From an uncultured delta proteobacterium (GTDB lineage: Bacteria; Myxococcota; Kuafuiibacteriia; Kuafuiibacteriales; Kuafuiibacteriaceae), in contig CAWDML010000009.1 in NCBI GenBank assembly GCA_963803435.1, positions 1,472,001 through 1,536,000 on the forward strand: a stretch of DNA of 64,000 nt. Reading direction: 5' to 3'. Positions within the stretch are counted from its first letter, which is position 1. Each line of letters opens with the position of its first letter. The notes below the pieces were generated by a model. It did no database searches, was not told the origin of the DNA, and saw only the letters and a program-made list of their open reading frames with translations. Below are positions 24,175 through 35,404 of this stretch, piece after piece. The translations under genes and the position numbers were made by a program.

Positions 24175-26522
24175 TCAACCGCCCACCAGGTTCACGTTCC
24201 GGCTGATCCGCGCGTTCGGCGCCACGTCGATGGAAACGGTCTTCCTCAAGTTCAACGAGCGGTTCTCCAGGAGGACGTCGTGGTGGCCCGGGATCACCTT
24301 CAAGAACTCCACCGGTGAGGGGACGCGCCGGCCGTTGATCGAGATGACGGTGCCCTCGGCGGGGATGGGGCGGATGGTGAGGTAGCCGAACACGGTCGGC
24401 CGCATCGCAAACGAGACGTCGGCGGTCCGGCCCGAGTCGACGATGACCGCGCGGTGCTCGGAGCCGTAGTTCTCACACTCGACCTTGATCTCGTAGCTGC
24501 CCGCCCGCTTCGTAATCACCACGGGGGAGGTGCCGGCGGGCTCGCCATCCAGGTAGACCGCGCAGCCGGACGGCGAGGTCTTGATCGAGATCCGGCCCGG
24601 CGGGATCGACATCTGATCGATCGCGAGCTGGAGGAGCACCTCGCGGACCTCTCCGTCGGGAACCACCACAATCGTGCTGGCCGACTTGTAGCCCTTCTTG
24701 GTGGCGCGGACGGTGACCGGCTTGCCGGCGGCCAGGCCCTCGATGGACTGGGGCGAGCGTCCCAGCTTCTTGCCGTCGACCGAGACGTGGGCGCCGTCGG
24801 GTTCGGTGCGGACCAGGAGGCCGCCGGCCTGCTTCTCCAGGTTCACCGAGAGCTCGCGGACGCCCTGATCGGGGAACAGCGTGATGGTCTCCTTGCGGAC
24901 CCGGTAGCCCGGCAGCGCCAGCTCGATCTCGAGCGGACGTCCGGTGGGCAAATCGCCGAGGTCGGCGGGCGTCACCGATCCCATGCCAATCCCCTCGACG
25001 GTGATGTGGGCGCCCGGCGGAATCGGAGCTCAGGTGGAGGACGGTCGGGCGGAGCCCGGCGTCGAAGTCCTCGTCGGAGAGGCCGGCGGACTGCTTGATG
25101 TGGCGCGCGCTCTCGGCGGTGTCCGCCATCCAGTCCCCGATCCGATCGAAGCCGATGACCAGCCAGGTGAAGAGCATCAGACACAGCCCCAGTGAGCCGG
25201 CGCCGATGCCAATCCAGCGGGCGCGGTGCTGCCGCCAGGAGAGCCGGAGGTCGGACGCCAGCGCGTCCAGAAAGCGGGCCGCCCGCACCCGGAAGGGGAC
25301 CTTGGGCTCGGGGATGGAGACCCGGCTGTTCGGGATCGGGATCTGGACGATCGGCGTCCCGTCGCTGGTGACCTCGACCTGCCGCGACATCCCCGAGTGC
25401 TGCAGCTCGTAGTCGGGGCGCATCATGCGGGTCTCGTCGACGCCGTCGAGGTGCTCCCGCGGCTTGATGCCGAAGACCGAGGCCGACTCCTCGATGCTCT
25501 TGCCCTTGACGCGGACGCCGCGGACCGGCGCGCCGTGGGCCTCCACCTCCGCCGGCGTCGGCTCCTGTATCGCCTTGGCGCGCTCGATCTCCTTCTGGCT
25601 CTCGGGCTCGCCGAAGAGGTCGTAGATCGAGATCCTTGAGCCGCTGCTGGCCGGGCGCCGGCTGCTCGTTCCGCGCGTAGCGAAGCAGGGCCTCGCGCAT
25701 CTCCTCCGCGGATTGCCAGCGGCGGTGGACGTCCTTCTCGAGGCCCTTCATCACGATGGCCTCGAGCTGCTTCGGGTAGTTCTTGACCTTGAGGGTGGGC
25801 GGTGGGACCGGGTCGTTGACGATCGCGCCCAGGATGCCGCCGGGCCCCTCCTTGTTGAAGAGCCGGGTGTTGGTGGTGACCTCGTAGAGGATGATGCCGA
25901 CGGAGAAGAGATCGGAGCGGGCGTCGAGCTCCTCGCCGCGGGCCTGCTCGGGCGACATGTAGCTCAGCTTGCCCTTGGTGAAGCCCGCCTCCGTCTGGGT
26001 CAGGCGCGCCCTCGCCTTGGCGACACCGAAGTCGATCAGCTTCACGTCACCGTCGTAGGAGACGATGACGTTCTGCGGCGTGACGTCGCGATGGACGATG
26101 CCGAGGTGGCGTCCTTTGGCGTCCCGCGCGGAGTGGGCGCAGCCGAGGCCGGCCAGGAGCTCGGCCACGATGTAGCTGAGCAGTCCGCGCGGCAGCGGGA
26201 TCTTCATCGACTTCGCGCGATCGGAGACGGCGAGCAGGCTGTGCCCCTGCACGAACTCCATCGCGATGTAGTAGTAGCCTGCGTGCTTGCCCTGGTCGTA
26301 GACGCCGGCGATGTTCGTGTGCTCGAGGTGCGAGACAATCCGCGCCTCGTCGATGAACATCCGGATGAAGCTCTCCTCGTGCGCGAGGTGGGGGAGGATC
26401 CGCTTGAGCGCGCAGATCGAGCCGCGCTTGTCCTGCGCCAGGAAGATCTCGGCCATGCCGCCCTGGGCCAGCTTCTTCAGGAGCCGGTAGTCGCCGAACT
26501 CGACGGGGAAGCTTTCAGCCAC
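24175..26522 (-). CDS. Membrane Ser/Thr protein kinase with C-terminal PEGA domains; two +1 frameshifts (about 25630 and 25022), probably sequence errors
   Basis: Kinase motifs GGMAEIF, HRDVTPQN, DFGVAK, YMSPEQ. Removing one base at each break gives ...LKDLIYDLFGEP..., a TM segment and SSDPPGAHITVEG PEGA repeats. Confidence 0.85.
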
Positions 26523-27824
26523 CGGGGCGGATCCTCGCGCCGGCCCCCCGAAGCACCTCCGAGAAGCCCGGGAAGGAGACGTCAATCGCTTCGGCTTCCT
26601 CCACCACCGTCGTGCCTTCGGTACCCAGGCCCATCACCGCGACCGTCATGGCGATGCGATGGTCGTTCGCGCTGTGAACGCGCGCGGGCTTCGGGCGACC
26701 GCCCTCGATGATCAGACCATCGGGCGTCTCTGTCGAGCGCACCCCGAAGGCGGTGAGCATCCCGTGCGTCGCGCGGATCCGATCGGACTCCTTGACCCGG
26801 AGCTCGGCCGCGTCGCGGATCTCGGTGCGGCCTTCGGCGAATGCGGCCACGCCCGCCAGCAGCGGAAGCTCGTCGATGGCCCTCAGCGCCACCGCACCCT
26901 CGATGACTGCGCCCCGGAGCGGGCCGGGCTGCACGCGGACGCGGGCCACCGGCTCACCTCCTACATCCGCGCACATCTCGGTCTCGAGGCGGGCCCCCAT
27001 GGCCGAGAGCGCCTCCAAGAAGCCGATCCGCGTGGGGTTCACGGACGTCTCCACCACCAGCTCGGGGCTCTCGGTGAGGATGGCCGCTGCGATCAGGAAC
27101 GCCGCCGACGATGGATCGGGCGCCACCTCGATCCGGTCGACCCGCCACGGCGACGCGCGCCGGACGATCGTCAGCGCGCCGTCCTCCGCCTCCGCGATCG
27201 CAGCCCCGAGACGCGCGAGCATACGCTCCGTGTGGTCCCGGCTTCGCGCGGGCTCGTGCACCGTGGTCTCACCGTTCGCGAACAGGCCGGCCAGCAGGAT
27301 CGCCGACTTCACCTGAGCGCTGGCGACCGCGAGGTCGAACCGCGTGCCCGTGAGGCGACCGCCCTCGATCCGGATCGGGGAAAGATCTTGCCGCCCTGCT
27401 CCCGACCGGAGAGACGCGCGCCCATCGTCACCAGCGGCGACAGGCGCGTCATTGGCCGCCTCACCAGCGAGCCGTCCCCGGTCAGCTCGTACGACCTCGG
27501 CGCTGCAGCCAGGACGCCCGCCATCATCCGCATCGTGGTGCCGCTGTTCCCGCAGTCGAGCGGCGCGTCCGCCGCCGCGAAGGCGGTCGGATCGCCGAGC
27601 CCGTGGACCTGCGCCGTCGTTCCCTCGACCTCGATCTTCACGCCGAGCTGGCGGAGCACCTTCACCGTGGAGCGGTTGTCGCCGCCCGGCGAGAGCGGGT
27701 GGATCTCGCACGCGCCCTCCCCCAGCGCCGCCAGGATCAGGGCACGGTGCGAGATCGACTTGTCAGGAGGCGCCGTGACGCGCCCTGCGAGCCGATCGAT
27801 CCCCTCGATCGTCAGGGCGGCCAT
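26515..27824 (-). CDS. aroA: 3-phosphoshikimate 1-carboxyvinyltransferase; one frameshift at about 27378
   Basis: DKSISHR and DCGNSGTT in one frame; SAQVKSA, RDHTE, KESDR, DHRIAM in the next. Adding one base to a G4 run restores KIFPPIRIEG. Confidence 0.93.
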
Positions 27825-28312
27825 CAGCGCAGCGCGTGGCGGAAGGTCCCGCCGTACTCCTTCTTCTCGGGGATCTGGAAGTGGAACACCCGCGACGCGC
27901 CGGGTGCCAGCCCCTCGCTGCCGGCGATGTTGTCGAGGTAGCTGCCGATCACCTCGCCCTGCGCGTTCTCCGGGTACACCGCCAGGTTGATCTGATCGAT
28001 CTTGCGATCGCCGTTGTTCACCACGGTGCCGCTGACCCGGAACAGCCCGGGGACCGGCTCGGTCGAGTCGGGCTTCGTATCCGGCCCCAGCTGGAGGTCG
28101 TTCACCGCCACGAACTTCTCCACGTACGCGAGACGCTCCTCCTCGCTCATGGCCTCGGCCACCGCCGCTCGGTGCACCTGCTCCTTGACCGCCGCGCGCT
28201 TCGAGTGCGCGCCGGCCGCTCGATAGGCCACGTACAGGAGGCCCACGCCTGCGCCGATCAGGATCATCACCATCACCAGCACCTTGCTGAGGCCGCGTCG
28301 TGTCCTTCTCAT
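27824..28312 (-). CDS. Membrane-anchored hypothetical protein with FxLYD-like Ig domain
   Basis: N-terminal TM; VSGTVVNNG...GEVIG...LAPGAS..F pattern. Confidence 0.6.
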   Translation of the reverse strand: MRRTRRGLSKVLVMVMILIGAGVGLLYVAYRAAGAHSKRAAVKEQVHRAAVAEAMSEEERLAYVEKFVAVNDLQLGPDTKPDSTEPVPGLFRVSGTVVNNGDRKIDQINLAVYPENAQGEVIGSYLDNIAGSEGLAPGASRVFHFQIPEKKEYGGTFRHALR

Positions 28313-29505
28313 TCCAGCACCTCCCTGAGGACCTCTAGAACTTTGAGGTTCATCGCCCGAGTCCCGATCGTCAGTCGAATCGTATCCGGCATGTCGTAGC
28401 CGCGCATGTCCCGCACCAGCACGCCGCGGGTACGGAGCGCCTCCGCGATGGGCGCGGCCGGCTGCGGGAACCGCACCACCATGAAGTTGGCCTCGGTAGG
28501 GACGGCATACAAGCCCATCGCCTCGATCCCCTTCCGCAGCTCCGCCTTGCCGTCGCGGACCATGCGCTGGCTGCGGGCGACGTGGTCCTCGTCCTCCAGC
28601 GCCGCCAGCGCGGCGGCCTGCGCCACCATGTTCACGTTGTAGGGCTGGCGCACGCAGTCGATGTAATGAACGAGCGACGGTTCCATGACGCCGTAGCCCA
28701 CGCGCAGCGCCGCGAGCCCGTAGATCTTCGAGAAGGTCCGCAGCACCACCAGCCGCGATCGCCCGCGGAAGTCGCGGATGCTGTCCGGATAGTCCTCGGC
28801 GGTGACGTACTCGTGGTAAGCCTCGTCGACCACGACGATCACCGAGCGCGGGATCCGATCGAGGAAAGCCGCCAGCTGCCGGCGCGGGACGTAGGTACCC
28901 GTCGGATTGTTGGGGTTGGCGATGAACACCAGCTTGGTGCGGCGATCGACGAGCGCCGCCATGGCGGATAGCTCGAAGCGATCATCCCGGAGCGGCGCGA
29001 TGAGGCACTCCCGCCCGGCGGCCTGGGTCACCAGTCGATACACTGCGAAGGACGGCCACGAGGTCACCACGGTCTCGCCCGGCCCGACGAACGTTCGTAC
29101 CAACAGCTCGATCAGCTCGTTGCTTCCGTTCCCCACCACGATCTGGTCGGGGCTGGTGGCGTGGCGCTCGGCCAGAGCGGCCCGGAGGAGGGAGCAACCG
29201 CCGTCCGGGTACCAGTTGACCTCGAACAGCGCCTTCTGGGCCGCCTCGATGGCCTTCTCCGAGGGCCCCAGGACGTTCTCGTTGGCGGCCAAGCGCAGGA
29301 TCTCGGAGGTGGGCAGCCCGATGTCCTTCGCGACGTCCTGGATCGGGAGCCCCGGGCGGTACGGCGTCATGGAGGCGACGTCCGGTCCGACCAGCGTGGG
29401 ATCCATCGGCGCGCCGGGGAGGCCCCGCGCGGCCTCGGCGATCGCGCGCTCGGCCTCCGCCGCCGTGATGGGCGGAGTGGCCTTGGTGTCGCCCCTGCTG
29501 CTCAT
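28309..29505 (-). CDS. hisC: Histidinol-phosphate aminotransferase
   Basis: Motifs LAANEN, NPNNPTG, DEAY, RTFSKIYGLAALRVGY. Confidence 0.95.
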   Translation of the reverse strand: MSSRGDTKATPPITAAEAERAIAEAARGLPGAPMDPTLVGPDVASMTPYRPGLPIQDVAKDIGLPTSEILRLAANENVLGPSEKAIEAAQKALFEVNWYPDGGCSLLRAALAERHATSPDQIVVGNGSNELIELLVRTFVGPGETVVTSWPSFAVYRLVTQAAGRECLIAPLRDDRFELSAMAALVDRRTKLVFIANPNNPTGTYVPRRQLAAFLDRIPRSVIVVVDEAYHEYVTAEDYPDSIRDFRGRSRLVVLRTFSKIYGLAALRVGYGVMEPSLVHYIDCVRQPYNVNMVAQAAALAALEDEDHVARSQRMVRDGKAELRKGIEAMGLYAVPTEANFMVVRFPQPAAPIAEALRTRGVLVRDMRGYDMPDTIRLTIGTRAMNLKVLEVLREVLE

Positions 29506-29547
29506 GTCGGGGGGAAATCGTAGGGATCCGGCGCGCGAAGAGCCAGC

Positions 29548-30621
29548 CTATTTCCGCGCGCGCTTCTTGGTGACCTTCTTTTTCGTCGGGGCGGGCTCTT
29601 CGTCGGCGAGGGCGCCCAGCACGCGAAAGCGCTGGTAGCGATCGTCCCTCAGCTCGTCGGGCGACATCCTCCGCAGCTCCCTGAGCTGGTTCGACACGGC
29701 GGTCGCCAGCCGCTTGGCCGCCTCCCGGTGATCGCGATGCGCGCCGCCGAGCGGCTCAGGGACGATCTGATCGACGACGCCCAGCTTCTCCAGATCGGGC
29801 GCGGTCAACCGGAGCGCGTCGGCCGCGCGCTCGGCATACGAGGCGTCTTTGAAGAGGATCGACGCGCAACCCTCCGGTGAGATCACCGAGTAGATGCTGA
29901 ACTCGAGCATCACGATCCGGTTCGCGACGCCGATCGCGAGCGCGCCGCCGCTGCCGCCCTCGCCGATGATCGACGAGACCACCGGAACCGAGAGCCCCGC
30001 CATCCCCTCGAGCGCTTCGGCGATCGCCTGGGACTGACCGCGCTCCTCGGCGTCGATGCCGGGATAGGCGCCGGGGGTGTCGATCAGCGTGACGATGGGG
30101 ACACGAAAGCGGTCGGCCAGGTACATGAGCCGCAGCGCCTTGCGATAGCCCTCGGGCCGCGGCATCCCGAAGTTGCGCTTCACGTTCTCCTGCGTCGACC
30201 GGCCCTTCTGGTGACCGATCACCATCACCACCTCGCCGAGGAGACGGGCCAGGCCGCCGACGATGGCCGCGTCGTCGCCGAAGCGGCGGTCGCCGTGCAG
30301 CTCAGAGAAGTCGGTGAACGCGTTCTGCAGATAGTCGAGCGGGTACGGCCGATCCGGATGGCGTGCCACCTGGACCACCTGCCAGCGCGTCAGCTTGCTG
30401 AAGATCTGCTCCTTCAGGCGGCCGGCGCGCTCCTCGAGCTCGGCGATCTGATGATCGAGATCGCCCTCGACGGCGTTCTTGGCCCGCCGCTTCCCCCGGG
30501 TCTCGAAGGTCGAGACCATGTTGGTGAGACGATCGCGGCCGGCGGCCATGCGGCGCAGCTCTTCGATCTGCCGCTCCAGCTCCAAGACCGGCCGCTCGAA
30601 CTCCAGCTCGCGGGCCACCAT
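29548..30621 (-). CDS. accA: Acetyl-CoA carboxylase carboxyltransferase alpha subunit
   Basis: Motifs LEFERP, ARHPDRP, ELHGDR, GEGGSGGA, SVISPEGCA. Confidence 0.97.
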   Translation of the reverse strand: MVARELEFERPVLELERQIEELRRMAAGRDRLTNMVSTFETRGKRRAKNAVEGDLDHQIAELEERAGRLKEQIFSKLTRWQVVQVARHPDRPYPLDYLQNAFTDFSELHGDRRFGDDAAIVGGLARLLGEVVMVIGHQKGRSTQENVKRNFGMPRPEGYRKALRLMYLADRFRVPIVTLIDTPGAYPGIDAEERGQSQAIAEALEGMAGLSVPVVSSIIGEGGSGGALAIGVANRIVMLEFSIYSVISPEGCASILFKDASYAERAADALRLTAPDLEKLGVVDQIVPEPLGGAHRDHREAAKRLATAVSNQLRELRRMSPDELRDDRYQRFRVLGALADEEPAPTKKKVTKKRARK

Positions 30622-30632
30622 GCGAACGGCTA

Positions 30633-31559
30633 CTACGACGCGCCGGCCTGCCTTCGCAACAACAGCTCGTGCACCGCGTCGGGCGAGGTCCCCAGCGGGA
30701 TGGGGTGGACGTCCGGCTCGCCCTTGAACCAGTTGCGCTGGCGCTTGGCGAACTGTCGTGTGGCGGTCACGGTGGCCTCGATCGCCTCGACCCGGGAGAT
30801 CGCGCCCGAGAGATGACGCACCACGTCGCGATAGCCGATGATGGAGAGGCCGGGCGCGTCGGCGGGGATCCCGCGGTCCAGGCAGGCCCGGGTCTCGGCC
30901 ACGATCCCGCGTTCGTACATCCGGCGCGCCCGCTGGGCCAGGCGCTCGGCCAGGACCGCCCTCGGCCACGCGATCAGGACCCCGATGAGCCGGTAGCGCT
31001 CCTCCTTGAAGCCATGCGCGTCCTGGAGGGCCGAGATCGGTGTCCCCGTCTGCCGGTAGACCTCGAGCGCGCGCCCGATCCGCTGCGGATCGTTCGGCAC
31101 GATCCGGGCGGCGGCCACCGGATCGATCACCGCCAGCTCTGCGTGCATCGCCGGAGCGCCGCGCTCGACGAGCGCCCGGCGGATCTCCTCACGGACGCGC
31201 GGATCGATCTCGGGGGCCGCGAAGATGCCGCGGCAGAGCGCGCGCATCCAGAGACCGGTGCCTCCGCAGAGGATCGGCGTCCGGCCGCGCGCGCGAATGT
31301 CGGCGATCGCAACGTCCGCGGCCGCCGCGAACTCGGCGGCGCTCCACTGCTGGTCGGGCTCGATGACGTCGATCAGGTGGTGGCGAGCCTGCGCCTGCTC
31401 GTCTGGCGTCGGCTTGGCGGTGCCGATGTCGAGGCCGCGGAAGACGGCGGCGGAGTCGCAGCTCACGATCTCGCCGCCGATGCGCTCGGCGAGCGCCACC
31501 GCCAGCGCCGTCTTTCCGGTGCCGGTCGGTCCCATCACCGCGAGCAGCACGCCGTTCAT
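30633..31559 (-). CDS. miaA: tRNA dimethylallyltransferase
   Basis: Motifs GPTGTGKT, DIGTAKP, GGTGL, TRQFAKRQ; follows mutL. Confidence 0.96.
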   Translation of the reverse strand: MNGVLLAVMGPTGTGKTALAVALAERIGGEIVSCDSAAVFRGLDIGTAKPTPDEQAQARHHLIDVIEPDQQWSAAEFAAAADVAIADIRARGRTPILCGGTGLWMRALCRGIFAAPEIDPRVREEIRRALVERGAPAMHAELAVIDPVAAARIVPNDPQRIGRALEVYRQTGTPISALQDAHGFKEERYRLIGVLIAWPRAVLAERLAQRARRMYERGIVAETRACLDRGIPADAPGLSIIGYRDVVRHLSGAISRVEAIEATVTATRQFAKRQRNWFKGEPDVHPIPLGTSPDAVHELLLRRQAGAS

Positions 31560-33346
31560 GTCCGGTGGAAGAGCCTCGCCAGGTGGGCCGCGCTCCACTC
31601 GACGAACACCGGCCGGCCGTGGGGACAGTGAGCGCCGAAGTCGATGCGATCCATCTCCTCGAGGAGCTCCGCGATCTCGTCGTTCGTCAGCCGATCACCC
31701 GCGCGCACCACCGCATGGCAGGCCGCACAGGAGAGCAGCAGATCGATCGACTCCTCGAACGACGTGGACGCCCCCACGTCCTTCAGCTCGTCGAGGATAT
31801 CGATCACGATGCGCTCCAGCTTCGGCTGGCCGATCGCGGTCGGGACCGTCTTGAGGAGCCAGGTGCCCTGCCCGAACGGCTCCAGCTCGAAGCCGATCGA
31901 GCGCAGGCGCTCCTGTTCGTCGGCCGCGATCTGCGCGCGCGCCGGATCCAGCTCGATCGGGAACGGGATCAACAGCGGCTGGACCTCGACCGCACGGGCG
32001 CGCCGCTGCTTCTTCATCTTCTCGAACGCGATCCGCTCGTGCGCCGCGTGCTGATCGATGACCACCATCCGATCCGCGCCCTGGCACACCAGGTACAGGG
32101 CGAGGACCTGGCCCACGGGCGAGAGCGAGGAGAAGCGGCCCGCCATCTCGGCCTCGAGCTGGCGCGCGGGCGGCGCCGGCGACCACGACAGCTCGAAGGC
32201 GGCCCGCGCACCCGACTCCGCTCGCGGGCGGGAGAGCTCGAGGTACTCGGCGATCCGCTTGGCCGGGGGTGGCTCGCGGACGAGCGCCGGCGGCTCGCGC
32301 ACCAGGTAGCGGCGCGCCGGCTCGGGCTCAGGAGGGCCGGCGGCGTCGTCGAGCCAGGGCTGGGCCGCCAGCGTCCGCTGGATCGCCCCGCTGACCGCCC
32401 GGTGCACGTCGCCGGTGTTGGCAAACCGCACCTCCGTCTTCTGCGGATGCACGTTGACGTCGAAGGTCGCGGGATCGACCTCGAGGAAGATCACCACGAC
32501 CGGATACCGGCCACGCTCGAGCAGCGTCCGGTAGGCGTCGGTGATCGCGTGCTGGATCGTGCGGTCGCGGATGAAGCGCCCGTTGACGAACGAGAAGACG
32601 TTCCGCGCGGTCCGCTCCGAGAGCTCGGGCGCCGAGACGAAGCCGGCGACCCGGCCGCCGTCCCGGATGGGATGGAGGCGCTCGGCGATCGGCGCCCCCA
32701 GGATGCGTCCCAGGCGCGCGCGCGGATCGTCCTCGGTCTCGGACGGCACCTCGAGCACGTTGCGGCCGGCGCCGGTGACCTTGAAGGCCACCTTGCGATT
32801 GGCGAGCGCCAGCCGCACCACCGCGTCCGTCACGTGGCTCATCTCCGTGGAGGCGCGCTTGAGGAACTTCTTGCGGGCGGGGACGTTGAAGAACAGATCC
32901 CGGACCTCCACGACCGTCCCCGGCGCCGCGCCGCATGCGCTCACCTCCGCAGGGCCTCCGCCCTCGACCGCCACGCGCGTGCCCTCGTCCTCGCCGGCGG
33001 CGCGCGTGATCAAGCGGAAGCGGCTGACCGACGCGATCGACGGGATCGCCTCGCCGCGGAAGCCGAAGGTGGCCACGGTCTCCAGATCGGCGAGCGCACG
33101 GATCTTGGAGGTGGCGTGGCGCTCGAGAGAGAGGACGGCGTCCTCGCGCGACATACCGGCGCCGTCGTCGGTGACGCGGATCAGGCGCTGGCCACCCTCC
33201 TCGATGTCGATCGAGATCCGCTGTGCGCCGGCGTCGACCGCGTTCTCGACCAGCTCCTTCACCACCGACGCGGGGCGCTCCACCACCTCGCCGGCGGCGA
33301 TCTGGTTCGCCACCGTCTCCGGGAGCTTGACGATGCGACCGACCAT
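31556..33346 (-). CDS. mutL: DNA mismatch repair protein MutL
   Basis: Motifs NQIAAGEVVERP, GFRGEA, DVNVHP, endonuclease DQHAAHERIAFE, ACH, CPHGRP. Confidence 0.98.
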   Translation of the reverse strand: MVGRIVKLPETVANQIAAGEVVERPASVVKELVENAVDAGAQRISIDIEEGGQRLIRVTDDGAGMSREDAVLSLERHATSKIRALADLETVATFGFRGEAIPSIASVSRFRLITRAAGEDEGTRVAVEGGGPAEVSACGAAPGTVVEVRDLFFNVPARKKFLKRASTEMSHVTDAVVRLALANRKVAFKVTGAGRNVLEVPSETEDDPRARLGRILGAPIAERLHPIRDGGRVAGFVSAPELSERTARNVFSFVNGRFIRDRTIQHAITDAYRTLLERGRYPVVVIFLEVDPATFDVNVHPQKTEVRFANTGDVHRAVSGAIQRTLAAQPWLDDAAGPPEPEPARRYLVREPPALVREPPPAKRIAEYLELSRPRAESGARAAFELSWSPAPPARQLEAEMAGRFSSLSPVGQVLALYLVCQGADRMVVIDQHAAHERIAFEKMKKQRRARAVEVQPLLIPFPIELDPARAQIAADEQERLRSIGFELEPFGQGTWLLKTVPTAIGQPKLERIVIDILDELKDVGASTSFEESIDLLLSCAACHAVVRAGDRLTNDEIAELLEEMDRIDFGAHCPHGRPVFVEWSAAHLARLFHRT

Positions 33347-33448
33347 CCCATCCCCGAGGTCATCGGAAAACGCCCGAGATGTCACGTTTGAGTTGGCCGG
33401 CCCACGGGCGGCTTGCCCGCGGGGCGCACGCGTGAAAACGGAAGGCGG

Positions 33449-34150
33449 GTGCGGAGCACGTGGGTTCTGGGCGATCCGCACGCCGGCGCCGACCCGGAGG
33501 CCGATCGGGCCCTCCTCCTCCTCCTCGACCGGGCGGCGGCCGGCGGCGTCGACCTCCTGGTGATGGGCGATCTGTTCGTGGCCTGGATCGCCGTCGATCG
33601 CTTCCTCACCGACCTCCAGCGCGCGGTCCTGGGACGCATGGAGGCGATCCGCGCCGGCGGCGGGACGATCCGGTTCGTCGTCGGGAACCGCGACTACCTG
33701 CCCGAACGCATGATCGGCCGGGCCTTCGACGCGGTGCATGCGGACGAGACCGTCATCGATCTGGACGGCGTCCCCACGATGATCGTCCACGGTGATCGGC
33801 TCAACCCGCGCGACCGGCCGTACCGCGCCTGGTACCGCCTGTCGCGGAGCGCTCCGGTGAGCGCGATCCTCGCGCGGCTGCCGCGGATGCTGGGCCGTTC
33901 GATCGCCGCCGAGATCGAGACACGCATGCGCGGCATGAACGCGGCGTACAAGACCGGGCCTCTGCCCCTGGACGGGATCGAGGCGCTGGCCCGGCGTGCG
34001 CGCGCGGCGGGGGCAGCGCGGGCGCTGGTGGGACACTTCCACGAGCCGGCGCGGATCGAGGCGGCGGTGCCGGTGGTGGTGGCGCCGGGCTGGTTCGTGC
34101 ACCGGACGGTGCTGCTCGGCCGCGACCTCTCGAGCTACTCTGCCGTGTAG
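33449..34150 (+). CDS. UDP-2,3-diacylglucosamine diphosphatase (LpxH-like metallophosphoesterase)
   Basis: Motifs GDPH, GDLF, GNRDY, HGD, GHFH. Confidence 0.82.
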   Translation: MRSTWVLGDPHAGADPEADRALLLLLDRAAAGGVDLLVMGDLFVAWIAVDRFLTDLQRAVLGRMEAIRAGGGTIRFVVGNRDYLPERMIGRAFDAVHADETVIDLDGVPTMIVHGDRLNPRDRPYRAWYRLSRSAPVSAILARLPRMLGRSIAAEIETRMRGMNAAYKTGPLPLDGIEALARRARAAGAARALVGHFHEPARIEAAVPVVVAPGWFVHRTVLLGRDLSSYSAV

Positions 34151-35364
34151 AGCAGCCGATCGAACGAGAAGATCGTGATGCTGTCCGGGTAGACGTAGAT
34201 GGTGCGCTTCCCCAGGACCACCACGTCGGCCTCCGAGCCGTCGGCGTCGGGACCGGAGTACGCCGGGTTGGCCTCGACGCCGTCGCACATGCAGACGCCG
34301 TCGTGGCCGCAGATCGAGCGCGTGATCGAGGCGCCGATCTCGACCGGCTGCCCGCCGTCCTGCGTGTTCACCGCGATCGCCGCGTAGAGGCCGTCCGCGT
34401 TGGTGACGCTGCGGGTCTGGTCGACCTTGGGATCCTCCAGGTTGCCCAGGCTCGGCGGCAGGCCGACGTTGAAGTACGCGAGCTTGCGCACCGTCGAGGA
34501 GACGCCGACCGCCGCGTTCTGGATGGTGTCGTCGCTGCTGCAGTCTTGGACCTCGCCGGCGATGTGTCCCTGACCGATGCCGTCGTAGAGGTCGTCGTCG
34601 CCCTCGATCTGGGAGACGCCGGCGGTCAGCGCCACGGTGGTGAACGTCTGGGACACGACCGTGTTGACGTCGTCGACGATGTAACAGGGGTTCGCGCCGC
34701 AGTCGGCCGCCGGATCCGCGACCAGCGCGGAGGTCGGATCGGGCCCCTCGCGGATCAGCGCGTTCCGTAGCACGACGTTGTACTGGTACGTGTCGACGTA
34801 CGTGCGCTCGTCGTTCGGGAACTGCTGATCCGTCACCCGGACGATCAGCGGCGTCTCGGTCGGGATTCCGGCGACGCTGAACCGGCCGAGGTCCGAGCAG
34901 GTGGTCTTCGGGACCGTCGTGGAGAGGGCCGTCGCGATCACGGCGCCCGGGGTCTTCTCGGCGCGGCTGCCCGGCGTGCCGGTGACGTCATAGCCTGGGT
35001 TGACCGGCGTTCCGCCGACCGCCTCGCGCAGGATCGTCACGGTCAGGTTGTCGGACTGGGCCGCCAGCCCGAACGAGTTCACGCAACCGGTGAAGGTCAC
35101 CGCGATCGGCGTCCCGAGCGGCTCGTTCACGCCGAGGCAGCTCAGGTCGGGATCCTTCTGCTCGCACTCCGCGTTGTCCGCGTCGATGGCCTTGTAGTGG
35201 CAGCCGTTCACCTCCCGGTCGGGGACGTTGAGCGAGAGACCGGCCGCGTCGATCCGCGCGGGGAGGTTCTGGCAGGTGGGGGTGCCGTCGTCGGTACCGT
35301 CATCGCCGCTGTTGCAGGCGAAGAGCAGCGGGAGCGCGAGGACGAGGAGCGGGGTCTTCAGCAC
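34135..35364 (-). CDS. Hypothetical Cys-containing lipoprotein
   Basis: Lipobox LLFAC, then an acidic, beta-rich sequence with multiple Cys. Confidence 0.7.
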   Translation of the reverse strand: MLKTPLLVLALPLLFACNSGDDGTDDGTPTCQNLPARIDAAGLSLNVPDREVNGCHYKAIDADNAECEQKDPDLSCLGVNEPLGTPIAVTFTGCVNSFGLAAQSDNLTVTILREAVGGTPVNPGYDVTGTPGSRAEKTPGAVIATALSTTVPKTTCSDLGRFSVAGIPTETPLIVRVTDQQFPNDERTYVDTYQYNVVLRNALIREGPDPTSALVADPAADCGANPCYIVDDVNTVVSQTFTTVALTAGVSQIEGDDDLYDGIGQGHIAGEVQDCSSDDTIQNAAVGVSSTVRKLAYFNVGLPPSLGNLEDPKVDQTRSVTNADGLYAAIAVNTQDGGQPVEIGASITRSICGHDGVCMCDGVEANPAYSGPDADGSEADVVVLGKRTIYVYPDSITIFSFDRLLYTAE

Positions 35365-35404
35365 AGGGCGTGCTGTATGGGCTGTCCGGCCCGGGAGTCA
35401 ATCC

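Noticed and set aside
26515-27824. aroA, the kinase and resB as true pseudogenes or programmed frameshifts
   Set aside because: Single-base indels with otherwise intact motifs and no slippery heptamers; sequencing error is more parsimonious.
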